A DNA stretch of 34,080 nucleotides. Origin: Trichinella spiralis (lineage: Eukaryota). Each line of letters opens with the position of its first letter. Position 1 is the first letter of the stretch. The DNA lies in the NCBI RefSeq assembly GCF_000181795.1, contig NW_003526940.1, positions 504,660-538,739 on the forward strand, read 5' to 3'. The notes under the pieces are model-generated. The model was not told the DNA's origin and searched no databases. It was given only the letters and a program-made list of their open reading frames with translations. A program made the position numbers and the translations under genes. This document shows, in pieces, positions 1-12,013 of this stretch.

Positions 1-297
1 AACATGTACTAATACTAGTCTAATATAATCCTGAAGATTATCCAAATCCTGAAATTATGGCCACCTGAAAGCAAATGTTAGCAAATGTGCGAACCTGATA
101 GCTGTGAACAATAATTGCATTTTTAAATTCGATTAATTTGATTTAAATAACACATGTTATTTTTAAATTAAAAATTTTCTGTATGAAATTTGCATTTTCT
201 TTCTACCAAAATGTTTGTTCAAAACATGTTTTTCTTTTAAAGATAAAAAAGTTTTTTCTGAATAGTATACAGATTAATAAAGAAGCTTTTGTTTTAA

Positions 298-328
298 ACG
301 TCAGTGCACGTTTAACGTGCACTGACGT
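298..328. repeat. Perfect 31-bp palindrome (15-bp arms, 1-nt spacer)
   Basis: ACGTCAGTGCACGTT-T-AACGTGCACTGACGT read directly from the sequence. Confidence 0.9.
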
Positions 329-1166
329 GCAGATTCACTTTACTTGTTTATAAAATAAAATATTTCACTATTTACAAGGAAGCATGCCACAATTTTTCAA
401 AATATGATTGTTATTATTTGAAATGTTTTTTGATAATTTCTTTTAAATCGTTTAAAAACGGCTTTTGATATTATGAATTTAAAAGATTTTCTTATGTCAG
501 GAATATTTTCAATAATAAGTTATTGCTACGTTCCGTACATTTGTATGAGTGGTTTATGTTATGCATACTGAAAGTAACATGCATTATCATGTTTAAATTG
601 TAACCGCTGTTAAAGTTTGAAGACAGAAATATATATATATGACATTATTTGAATACAAGCATGCTCATAGCTTGTAATTATGTTTTCAACTAATTTCAAC
701 ATAGAAAACCATTAACAATCATTTATAACTTGTTGCATTTTATTAAGTTTTAGAAATAAATTATAAGTTTTGCAATAAAAGAGGTAATTATTTGTAAATT
801 TCAGGATTTTCTACTGATCAGGTTTGATATTCATAGTTGGATTCATGCCTTTTTAAAGAGAGAAAATGTTCACTGACTAACTAACTGCTCCAAAGAAAAG
901 TGATTCCGCTTCTGGTCATATTTACCCCTTTCGTAGCAAAATTTTTATTTTTGCTCAAATAACTTTTTGGCTTAGAAAGTAAATTATATAATCAGATGAT
1001 CGTGAAATTGGAATTTCTTATTATATCATTATTGCCAATTTTAAACATGTTGTCATATAGCAACAACAGCCCTTAAGGGTTATGAAATGTTTTATTTTGA
1101 AGTCAGTATACAATACTACTAGTTGTAAAAATATTGCAGACTAGCTATTATGATGATTTATGAAAT

Positions 1167-1745
1167 ATTCATGATATAACTTAAAACAGCCCTGTTGTTG
1201 TGTCAAACAGAGATGGATGTCACATTTAACATGTTTTCGACGTACTCCGGATGTTTTTTGGCAAAGGAAACATCGATTTTTCACTGTAAGACTTCTGGAC
1301 GATGGTCAACGTGATTGAATCAGACGGCTGTGCTTGGCAGTGATCTTCTCTGGCGCCTTTTGCTGATTTCCATTTGTGATGGCAGTAGTTTGTGACCACG
1401 GCCGCTTCTCTAATTATTTTCTTTTATAAGGAAATCTGATATTTCAAGTGTGATTTATAGCAAATCTTTATGATTGCCACCGGCTGATTTGTTCACACTT
1501 AGATCTCCTCTACATGTCAGCCATCCTTTCATCACAGCGACACTGATGGTCCAAAAAACAATCTTTTATACCAGGTTCTACTTCAGTAATCGAGTCTGTA
1601 AAATGCTCTAGCATGCCGGGCAAATCCAACTATTTTTGTATTCTTTTACAATGGGCAGATATCAAACGTCCACTATTACCTTCTCCTTCTTATTCCACCT
1701 ATTCATTCTGCACACCGATTGCTTGCTAACATAAGTGGAAGAAAT
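1167..1745 (-). pseudogene. Degenerate piggyBac-family (PGBD2/PGBD3-like) transposase, C-terminal part
   Basis: Manual minus-strand translation across stops and frameshifts gives SSTYVSKQ..RWNKKEKVIVDV, IVKEY, RTWYKRLFF(W)TISVAVMKGWL, and a Cys-rich tail FNHVDH..KNRCFLC..KCDIHLCLTQQQGCFKLYHE. These match piggyBac transposase C-termini. Not visible in the ORF track. Confidence 0.8.
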
Positions 1746-2269
1746 ATCGATATTACATTCAAAATATGAAATTTTATACCAATCTAGTGACAACTGCTTC
1801 TTGAACATAAAGTGAAGATTCATGTTGTGTAAACATATTGTGTAAATACATACATATTATGTAAATTGTTTTCATGATGATAGCTGGGATTTAATCCATA
1901 AATTTCATCTTCTGCTACAATAGGAACTGCATTGTGTTAATATTTTTCAAATAAGGTAAATATTAAAATATGTTTCAAAATATGACATACTTTTTGCAAC
2001 ATTACGTTGATTGTTCATTAAATGTAAGCACTCCAATCCAATTGAAATGTAAATAAATTTAGAAGTGATGACCACGATCAATCAAAGGGATCACACTGAA
2101 TCCTGCCGGCAGATGAACACCTGGCATATAAAATGGAGAAAAAAGCGATTTTGAGAAAACCAAGTGCCGAAGTAACGAAACTTATCCATGCTATCTACGA
2201 CAAAGAAGCCTCCGACGCGTCCTCTAAGCCGTTTACATCCGGCCAGTTCCCGGTTTCTAAACGCGTGAA

Positions 2270-3070
2270 TGTAGAGCAAATGGGCAAAATGCTTCCTGAG
2301 GAATTTCTTAGGAAATTGTAGGGATTGTTGGCCAGTGGAGATTTCCACCTGCACAAATGGATCAGCAATGAGCCTGAAGTGCTGAAGTCTGTCCTGGACG
2401 AGAAAGATCCGTCAGTACCAGGGATCACCTGTTGAACACGCTCATTATCTACTGGGAGTGCGAGGGGGGGTTGGAGAAGCTGAACTTCTCACCGCCACTG
2501 ATGGTGCATGGCAAGGGTGAAGACTCGAAGCGGAAGCCGTTGAACACCGCTTTTCACATCTTCGACCCGGTTGGATGCTTCGCCCCATTCACCGTACGAG
2601 CGAAAATGCTCCTCCAAATTTTCTGGCAAGCTGGAGCATCGTGGGACGATCCCTTACCACGCGACGTAAAGGAGCAGTGGACACGCTGGAAGAACTGCTG
2701 AAGATCCACCTTCCACTTACGCGCTCGTACCGGTCTCACTTATCCAAATGAATCACCTGGAGATCCAGGCGTCATATGTCATATGGCAACAACACTTTAA
2801 TGCATAGACTATGTGTACGATGCCTCAGAGAGCGACTATGGAGAAGTGGTGTACATGCGCATTGAAGCGACGAATCGCCACACCGTGGAGAATTCCGCGA
2901 GGGAGAAGACACGTGTCGACCCAGTCAGAAGAGTAACACTACCGAGAGAGAAGAGTACTCATTACCGAGGCTGGAGCTCATGGGGACCTTCATGGCGGCA
3001 AGATTGTCCAGAATATTTTGGCTCTGGACGTGCATTTCATCACCTGCTGGTGTGATAGCGAGATTGTCCA
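2270..3070 (+). pseudogene. BEL/Pao retrotransposon pol fragment (end of RT, RNase H start), decayed
   Basis: GLLASGDFHLHKWISN, IFDPVGCFAPFTVRAKMLLQIFWQAGASWDDPLP and YDASESDYGEVVYMRIE..KTRVDPVRRVTLPR are Pao RT/RNase H motifs. Homologous to the BEL element at 13665-14100. Contains stops and frameshifts. Confidence 0.88.
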
Positions 3071-3885
3071 TGCTTACGGCCGGCGGTTGATCGCTGGAAG
3101 GCATAACGGAATAGGGCAAATTGGTCACCAGTCCAAGTAAAGCCCATTGACAAGTAACTTTCATTGTACAAACGGACCTTCTCTGTGTTCTTTTTTTCAT
3201 TGGTGCCATGTAAGTCATCAGGTTTCCCAGTTACTATTCACGGCAAAACAGCTTGGGCGTGTCGTTAGCAAAAACTGCCAGATTCTCAAGACGTTGAAAA
3301 CAAAAGAAATAATTAGTGCTCGATTGAATAGAGAAAAACAGAGAAAACGACAAAACAAGTAAAAACTGAAGGCTACAGTAAAATGAATAGAGCTCAGGTA
3401 AACAACAGTTGCCACCAAACTGCTCACAAAGGAGAAAATTATAAGTACATACTTTGACCCCGTGTGGACATCGCTGATAGTGAGCAAAGTGCTCGGATTT
3501 ATCCTCAGACAATTTGCACTGGTGAAAATACATCGTGGAACCTGTGAACACGCTCGCGGAACCCCAGGATTCCTCAGAACTCCGTTTGAGAACGCTGCTC
3601 TAATCATTTCACAGATCTCTTCTTAATAGATATTTATGATTCTACAGTTTTTCTTTAAATATTTTTTTCTTAATTAGTATCAACCTTATGTGAAACAGTT
3701 TTTTTAATATGATGAGAGTTTGATTAATAAGTTTGTTCGATTCTAATTCCCAAAACCGTTGATATTTTCACAGTCACTGCTACACGTGATTTCCACTTGC
3801 AACCAATTCAAGCTAGTAAATTTTACCTTATAGCAAAGTTGTTCTACTTGGTATTTACAAAATCAGAAATTTTAAATATTAATAT

Positions 3886-4440
3886 ATCAGGGTAAGTTTT
3901 ACTTTTCATATATTTGTTAATAAATGGCAGTAAATTAAAATTTATCACATTATACGTAACAGAGGCAGCAATAAAATTGAAATCAATGGCATTCATACAA
4001 AATTCAGAATTGTAGAATGCACAGATTGCCACCTGCTGAAATAATTAACGCCTTATAAAAGGCCACAAAATTGAAAGTGCAAATCAATTTTGCATCAAAT
4101 CTAAACACAAGAATGTTATTCAAGTGCTTAGATGCGGAGTTTTTTTTGGATTTAATCACCAATTAATAGTTTGGCATTATTATAATACATTCACTCACCA
4201 CACCGGTTGCAGGCCTTGTATGATAATTATAAACGTGAATTAACAAATATATATATAATATACTCACCGTACTTTATAAATATTTATTACACATATTAAA
4301 ACTCCGGGTAATTTGAATGATTATTAAGTAGGCACTTGCCTATTTTTAAATTAAATACCTTATTGGGTTTTGTAAGATTAGAAATTTCCTTAAGGAGTTA
4401 ATCAACTGAACTATATCTATCTATGGTCATTGTAATGGAA
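3886..4440 (+). repeat. ~550-bp direct repeat, copy 1 (copy 2 at ~7647-8196)
   Basis: Long near-identical blocks are shared with copy 2, e.g. GCTGAAATAATTAACGCCTTATAAAAGGCCACAAAATTGAAAGTGCAAATCAATTTTGCATCAAATCTAAACACAAGAATGTTATTCAAGTG. Confidence 0.92.
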
Positions 4441-4722
4441 TCTCAGCTCCGTCGGCTGGATCCTTTTGTGAATAAAGGGAGATTGCTGCTGGTGGGTAAA
4501 AGATTGAAGAACTCTGAGTTGCAGACACACATGAGACCCAGCGATCCTGCCTGGAGACCACGTTTTGACGTCAGGATTGAACGACGCTGCCACGAGCGGC
4601 ATCTACACTCTAGGGCCACGCATACACTGGCAGTCCTGGGACAGCAATATTGGGTGCTGAAGGGGTGCAGCCGAGTAAATAAAGCAATATGGAGTTATTT
4701 CGCATGCTGACCTGCAATGGAG
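4441..4722 (+). pseudogene. BEL/Pao integrase zinc-binding (H2C2) fragment
   Basis: SQLRRLDPFVNKGRLLLVGKRLKNSEL..CHERHLHSRATHTLAVLGQQYWVLKG..FAC aligns with ORF 12887..13360 (LSRLDPFVDEEGLLRVGG..CHARQPHAGTTHTLAILRRQYWVLKG..CFAC). Confidence 0.88.
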
Positions 4723-5461
4723 GAATAGCGTTGCTCCTTCTGCAGTAAATCCAAAAACAGAAAAGTTTAAAAAATGCTGTGAATTATACAAGGCGCTGTG
4801 CTGCACAGAGCACGTCCACAAAATCTGCCCCAACTGCTATTACAGGCCATGCACATCCACATGTAGGCTATTTTAAATTCAATAAATCAGGATCAAGATA
4901 TTGAAAATGTTCTTTGGCGTGTTCGCAAAAGAACCATCGTAGATTCTCATTCACGGTTGTCTTTTTTGCAGTTTCATCAAATGGCATTCTCTATGGATTA
5001 TATTTTTTCAGACTCTGACTGTTAAATACATTTCAACTTGTTTCTGAATTGTTTCTAGTGACTTTAGAAGGATGTGAGATGAACAAGAAATAAATCCTTA
5101 ACATCAGTTTAACTCTCCTCTCCTAATAGGAAGCAAAGGAATGACTTGGAAGGTGTGTGTGAGTGAATGTTAGTAGCATGTCACTGGGTTAGAAATCTGA
5201 CACCCCTATGTATTCATGTGGCAAACGTTGTTCTCTAATCTGATATGCCTACATAAATATACATATTTATTTGCGCTTGTACATTCTAATGTTTATGATT
5301 AAATTAAAGTGCTTTCTAATGTACGCTAAATGTTTACGATCACACGCAACCATCAATGAATGGAACCAAAGAGCGCTGCTATACATGCACCTGTACCTTC
5401 CATTTTATTTCTTTAGTGTTACACAAGGATGCATTTAAATTTTTATACTACTTTTTGCAGA

Positions 5462-5525
5462 TTAACTCTCCTATGATCTTCAAATTGACTTTTCTACTTT
5501 TGTCTTCCGGGTCACACTGACCCAC
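5462..5525. repeat. Possible 3' terminal inverted repeat remnant of the piggyBac element
   Basis: TTAA followed by CTCTCCTATGATCTTC and a GGGTCA-CAC-TGACCC palindrome, ~200 bp beyond the transposase end. piggyBac inserts at TTAA. No partner end was found. Confidence 0.4.
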
Positions 5526-5689
5526 AGGTGATGCATAATGTATTTCACAATCGTACTGCAACTTGGTATTCGTGCATTTTATTTTACACGCTGCTGATAA
5601 ATATTCTAATATGCAAAGTTTATTATTTTCCTGATAAGACGGAATATGATGCATGTTCTTTGCCACACTTAAATTTCTTCTGCGCATAA

Positions 5690-6503
5690 ATTACAATATG
5701 ATTATGTATGATGCATGCAAATGTATTTTCTGGCATTTTTGATAACGTACGCTTGCTGTCATTTGAAACACACAGTTGGCATCAGGCTCTTTTCTTATCA
5801 CCTCGTCCGTACAGTATCATGCTGATGCTTGTAGATGGCTGCTCAGCTTCTTGTCGCAACCGTTCAACTGCCGTTTTTGCTGCTGCTGTTTTGGGCAGTG
5901 TTTCTCACTTCATCATTTCTGGTTGCACTAAAGCCAAGTTCTTCAAGGATTAATCGTCGTTTATGCAGCCGTCACTACCAATGGTCATTGAGCTGCCAAT
6001 CTTTGACGAGAATACGCTGATGTCACTTGGTCCAAGTTATCCACGCTACTTTTAGTATTATTGTAGTGTACAATAATATCAGGCTTGCTGTCTTTTCCGT
6101 CGCTAACCTGGGTATTATTGTACATCGCACTGAGAGCCAAAACATTTTTATCTTTTGGCATGCGTGCGACGATGGTTAAGTCTTCAGAAAAGGCGTATCT
6201 GGAAGAGTTTACTACTCTGCCTTGAAGGAGTAGCAGTTCTCGTGGTAGCTCTGGCTTGTTTTTTTTACCGTATCAAGCAACGTGAAATTCTTCTTTCTTA
6301 ACTCTACGCTCAATGTGTATGATGTAAAAATGTTGTCGCATGTTACATTATTACCATTCAGGCCCTTTGTCATCTCGAGAATCCCTCGCATGCCTTGGTT
6401 CTTCTCACGAGTTCAGCCTGACGGCTTGCCAGTGTAAATTTGCATGTTCTATGCGTAGCTTGATTTTGTGCAACACGCTATCCAAAATTTAATGCTATAC
6501 TTT
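5690..6503 (-). pseudogene. Degenerate piggyBac (PGBD4-like) DDD transposase, catalytic core plus Cys-rich tail
   Basis: Manual translation gives KYSIKFWIACCTKSSYA*NMQIYTGK..NVTCDNIFTS..NKPELP..KNVLALS..KPDIIVHYNNTKSSVDNLDQ. This includes the second and third catalytic Asp motifs, followed by a CQLC...C..YIC.HH-like tail. Contains internal stops and frameshifts. Confidence 0.92.
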
Positions 6504-7479
6504 TCCTGTTTCTTTATCATGCACTGTCTGAATCACTGATTGGTTCTTCTTCTATCCTTCCTTCTATATTTTTGCATTCTTTCTATTAGTATTATTATCA
6601 GGTGATTATCTTCCAAAGAATAATCAACTATTTTAGAACTGGCAGTTAAGATTCCAATTCAGTCAATTATTGTATACATTTCTCTTGCATTTCATAATAC
6701 CACGTTTATCTAAAGATAAGAATCAAAAGTGTCAGTGACCTTTGCAAGCTTTACTTATAATGTTATCAAACAGTTAATGCCTATATGGATGCAATATGCT
6801 AAGATAGCCAGAAGAGCACCTCAGTTATTCAAAGTACCATCGTTCATCTGTTTAGTGCGTTCCATCTGTAATAATTAGGCATAAATTACATGCTGATATA
6901 TGTATTTTGCATAACAATACTACTTCATATGTTTTTCAAGTCTGTTTTCCTTCAAGGCTATGCTATTCAATGACTATAGTAAATGATGAGTCACAACTTA
7001 GATGGGTAAACAAAGCATTTTAGAATGTGACTCCTCTATTCTACCTGAAGAAGGTTCTGAAACAGCAGTTTTAATTCCTGTGAAACAAATCTATTCAAAT
7101 GGAGATGCATACTAAACAATTATTTTTTCTGACCCATTTCAAACTAAATGAAAGTCACGAAATGATATCAATTTGATTCTGTGAGATGGTCAAATATATG
7201 GTCAAAGAATTCCCTCTGCATAGGTGGTACTGATCAAATATATTCCTGCATATGGACTATGCTACTTCTCATTTAAACAATGTATAGTGTAGGAGATAAT
7301 AAGTACATCATTTCTCCAATTCCTGGAAAATTTTTTTCAACGGGCTGTTAATATATTATTAGATGCACATTTGGTGTTCCCTAGTTCATCTTGATGGCCC
7401 TGACTCTGTTTTATTTGGTTGGATATTAGAAGAATTTTTTGGAATGTATGAAGGTTCACTGACGTTATACATGAACACA

Positions 7480-7622
7480 GGCATATCCATTAATTTTTTT
7501 TCTTCGATGTTTATTACTCACGTTTATACATTACCCATGTATTCAGGATTGCGCAGTCAATTAGTCAGTCATTTCTATTTTCAACTCATGCGATCAATTC
7601 TGTATAATGCCATCAGCATGCT
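7480..7622 (-). pseudogene. Short piggyBac (PGBD3-like) transposase remnant
   Basis: Minus strand gives MLMALYRIDRMS*K* then IDCAILNTWVMYKRE, the segment that follows the third catalytic Asp. Confidence 0.55.
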
Positions 7623-7646
7623 ATTTAGATTTTATCAGCACTTCTT

Positions 7647-8196
7647 TATCAGGGTAAATTTTAGTTCTGATATATTTGCTAATGAATTAAAATTTATTAC
7701 ATCTAAGAAATAGAGGCAGCAATAAAATTAAAATCATTGGCATTCAAACAAAATTCAGAATTGTAGAATGCACAGCCTGCCAAATGCTGAAATAATTAAC
7801 GCCTTATAAAAGGCCACAAAATTGAAAGTGCAAATCAATTTTGCATCAAATCTAAACACAAGAATGTTATTCAAGTGTTTAGATGCGGAGTTTTTTTGGA
7901 TTTAATCACCAATTAATAGTTTGGCATGAATATAATACATTCACTCACCACACCGGTTGCGGGCCTTGTATCATAATTATAAACGTGAATTAACAATTAC
8001 ATGTAAATATAATATACTCACCGCACTTTATAAATATTTATTATACATATTAAAACTCCGGGTGATTTGAATGCTTATTGAGTGGGCACTTGGCAAATTT
8101 TTAAATTGAATACCTTATTGGGTTTTGTAAGATTAGAAATTTCCTTAACAAGTTAATCAGCTAAACTATATCTGTCTATTGTCATTGCAGTAGAAT
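7647..8196 (+). repeat. ~550-bp direct repeat, copy 2
   Basis: Colinear with 3886-4440, with scattered substitutions and small indels. Confidence 0.92.
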
Positions 8197-9041
8197 ATTT
8201 TAAACTTACTTTTTCTCCAAAAAGTGTTTTTATTTCATTCGATGTGCTTGACATATTATGTGATAAATATCATAAAAAATATAAATTTCATAGAGAAATC
8301 TTTATTTGCTGAATTGTTAGGATGAAAATATACGAAGTGAAAAGATGTGCTTAAATAAAGTTGTAAGAAACATAAAATAATGAATAATAAGAATAAGTAA
8401 ATTTTTGTAAATAAATTTGAAATTATACAACTTTTCTTTTTTCTAAAATAAAAATATTTTCATAGAAAAAGTTTTAAAAGGAAACGTTTATCTCAGAATT
8501 TCATTATAAATTAAGAAAATAAATAAGCTCTTGTTTCAACTATAAGTTAAAACACGATGATGAGATCAACTGCAGGATTTCAGCAACAAAATTTATGCAA
8601 GGTTTGCTAAACAAAATTGCATTAAATTAAAATTAGCTGTACTACAATTATGCTAAATTGTTTCTGCGTGTTTTAACTATATTTATTTTCAATTACTACT
8701 TGTCATTTTGCGATTTATGAAAGAGTAGTTTTTCCATGTGAGGGTTACTTGTCTATATCAAGTGAACTAGGGAAGCAGACCAATTTCTTACTAAAAAGCT
8801 TGTTTATGATTTAACTGTTTCATTCATTTTATTTGTCAATAGAACTTTCTGATCAGAAATTGAAGGCAAAAGCTGGTAGTCTAAGTAGCTACTTAGTTAG
8901 TAAGGGAGGGAGTGACCGGCTTTGACGACAGTGATAAATTCTCTATTTTGTGTCTGTTTCTGTTTATTGAATTGTCAGTCATCCTTCTACTTTTATATCT
9001 GTTTCATCTGGTTGCATCTTCATTCAATAAAGCTCGTGATA

Positions 9042-9454
9042 TTTTGTCACTGATAGAACATGCTAAAATAACCCTGAAAATCTTTACTAACATCCTCACT
9101 ATCCCATCAATTTGTCTTGCTTCTGTGTCACGTTCACAAGCAAACGTGAATCAGTCTGCGGTTAGATGATCATGGGTCTATCTGACCTCTCGCTGATTAG
9201 GGCTACAGTCCACCATTTTCATCGTTCTTGTCACCAAAATTATCATTGGTTATTCAGACACTATGACTTAGCATTGCTTGTTCTTGTCCGCTGTACTTCA
9301 GTGAACATTTGATTCATCGTGAGTCGTAATTGCAATATAAAACTCATATTTGCTTAATTTAAATAGTCGTAATTATTTCAATTCCACACATCAGCGTTTT
9401 ACCTGGCAGTAAGGATGTTCAGTTTTATTTCAGCATGTTCTATCAGTGACAAAA
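9042..9454. repeat. 47-bp inverted repeat pair (9042-9088 / 9408-9454), MITE-like
   Basis: TTTTGTCACTGATAGAACATGCTAAAATAACCCTGAAAATCTTTACT versus the reverse complement of 9408-9454; 42/47 match by eye. No convincing ORF between the arms. Confidence 0.75.
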
Positions 9455-11617
9455 GATAATAGAAACAGAAGTAATAAGTGTAATGGTGCTGCATTGCGTG
9501 TGACTCTTATAGACAGAAATCATCTTACACTGAACCTCTAGATCACAGTAGGGAAGAACAGTAGTTGAGTATGATTACTACAGTATTGATGCTTCGGTTG
9601 ATATTAGCTAAGTAAGCATGTATTAATCTTGTGTGTTATTCTACATTTGCTCGCGAAATAGCTATATACGCAGAAAAATAACAACTGGCGATGAATATAT
9701 GAGATTACGATGAGCGGTCAGTAGAAACAAGGTTATTGCTGCGTATGAATGAATTTCAAGAATTCTGCAAGTTTTCAGAGTTTTGTTCACCTTTCCTAAC
9801 GGCGTTTTTACTAGCTGGTGAACGAACATGCGTCGAAAGCAAGTCGAAAGCGTGACGCAATTACGCAGAGGTGCAGGCAGAGATGGAGAACAAAAGAAAA
9901 TGTTAACTAAAGCGCATCAGAGCACAGAGTCATCTCAAAGATGAGAACTATCAAATGGCTTATCAGGGTATATCATTCAGGGTAGGCCCGTTTCCCCTAA
10001 TAAATTCTGCCTACCTTTTACCTAAATTGCAATATTGTCCCTCTGATGCGCGCGGCTAAATTTCACTGGTTGTTGCTTTTATGCATTCCATTTGTCAATT
10101 ATAGGTTTCTCATCAATGGTCAGTTTTCTGAATACAAAAAGTTTTGATCATATTTTAAAAATTATATAGTTTTCAAATGTTTTCGCTTAATGAAATTTTA
10201 TCATAATTTAATATAACATTGTATTTCTGCACTAATAGGAAAAATACACATTTATATGTATTTTTAGTTTCAGTGAATTTTATGAAACTTAAGTTTTTGA
10301 ATTTTTAGTACAGTTACTAAAAATTTCACTGACAATAAATCTTGAAATTTTCCATTGAAATGGAATAACCACCTTGGGGAACATAATAGCTGTCTGTCTT
10401 GTGTTCTATGGCAGTATAATGTTCTTTTGCTGCTTTACGTTTGCCATTAAAATTGATGTTCCATTAAACTATATTAAATTATATATATAGTTCAGGTAAT
10501 TAAAACTTGATGCATAATGTCAGTCATGGTAACGGATGACAGGAATCTGAACAAAGTCAAGCACAAAAAATGAATACGTCCAAGTTTCAAAATAACAGTT
10601 GCCTACAATTGGATGTTTCCCATTCCAAATTACCCAAACGAAATCACAATAATGACACAAATTGACATACAGCCTGTCAATTCAACTCTTAATTGTAGAT
10701 GGAGTTTGAATTCTAAATGAACAAATTACAAAAAATTTATAATAATCATACATTATATAATTACTGATAATTATGCATTTTATAAAATAAACCTTGAAAA
10801 TGAATCTTGTCAGTCAAGAGAACAGAAAGTAAGTGTTGATTGGCATTCTTTAATTATAAGCTAAAGAACAAAATATTTATTTGTTATATCATGAATATAA
10901 TAAATAACACTGTTGCATCATCTTCTGTCAATTCTGAGAAATTTATTTTGCTTTAAGCTAACCTTTCAGTGGTCTTGTTCAACATTTCAAGAATACCTTA
11001 TTTGTTTTGCACCACTAAAGTTCGCATATATGAGATCACCATCTCTCCTTTTTATGTAAATCAGGCAATTTAATTTTCTGTATCAAAATAAGATACGTGA
11101 AATTACAGTGTAGCCAACGGCTCTACATCGTGATGAATAAACAGTGCGCGTTTATAGGTTAGTCATCGTTGTTTGTTCAGACGTCCGGGTTAAGCTTCTA
11201 TAAAATTTTACTCTGGGCTAAAGCATTGCTTTACAACATTAAAAGCGTTTTGGCGCATTTTTTCAGTATTAGTCATTTCATGTTATTTGCTGTGTGATTT
11301 TCCCTCTTTACTGTTTATTCCTTATTTTTGTTTTTGTGTTTTGCTGCATGCTGCAATAATAAAGTGCTCGTCGAAAGCAATCTTACTTGCTTCTGATTTA
11401 CTCAGTACTATAATACAATATTTAGGAGAAATTATTCAACTGCATGCTGCCCTGGAAATTGTTTCAATTCATGATTCTGAAATTTGTTTCAATATCAATT
11501 GCAGACCAATACTGCACTATCTTTAGTTCTGATCTTTTGAAGCACTAGAGAAACATAAAATGATGAATGATCAGAATAAGAAACAATTTTGTGAATTTTT
11601 GTAAACAAAATTGAAGT

Positions 11618-12002
11618 TGTAACGAGCGAAGCAGCAAGTCACTCGTCTCTGATGTTAGTGGACTGTATTTCTGGATTGTTATTGCAAGGCCGGGAGTGTC
11701 CAATGCGTTAGACAATCTGACTTATAAGACGACAACTGTTATTCAAAAACTCGATTAAGAGTCGAAACAGTTTACTCAAAAGGAATAACACTGAGCCGGG
11801 GATAATCAGATAAGAAATCAATGAATATCGCACTAAAGAAAGCAAAACACACTAAAGGCAAACTTCTAACAACGGGAAGCCACAACACTCTACAGGAAGC
11901 AACAACGCCAAAATCCCCCATTACGTCACTTCCGTATCTACCGTATTATTAATGACACTCAGGTTCTCTACGTGACGACAGACCCCATTTCTGTCGTCTA
12001 CA
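11618..12002 (-). repeat. BEL/Pao 3' LTR (385 bp)
   Basis: Minus strand starts TGTAG directly after the purine tract GGAGGGGAGGA and ends TTACA. Its last 123 bp recur at 28323-28445 next to the PBS. Confidence 0.85.
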
Positions 12003-12013
12003 TCCTCCCCTCC

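Noticed and set aside
3218..3607. 129-aa hydrophobic ORF
   Set aside because: No recognisable motif or splice support. The hydrophobicity follows from T-rich composition.
9912..10051. 11-bp inverted repeat GCGCATCAGAG / CTCTGATGCGC
   Set aside because: Too short, with no TSD or other support.
10380..11530. Possible decayed coding sequence in the AT-rich stretch before the BEL LTR
   Set aside because: I could not recover any convincing protein motif by manual translation.
11737..12002. Shorter BEL LTR boundary starting at TGTT 11737
   Set aside because: The 11618-11740 segment recurs directly beside the PBS, so it belongs to the LTR.
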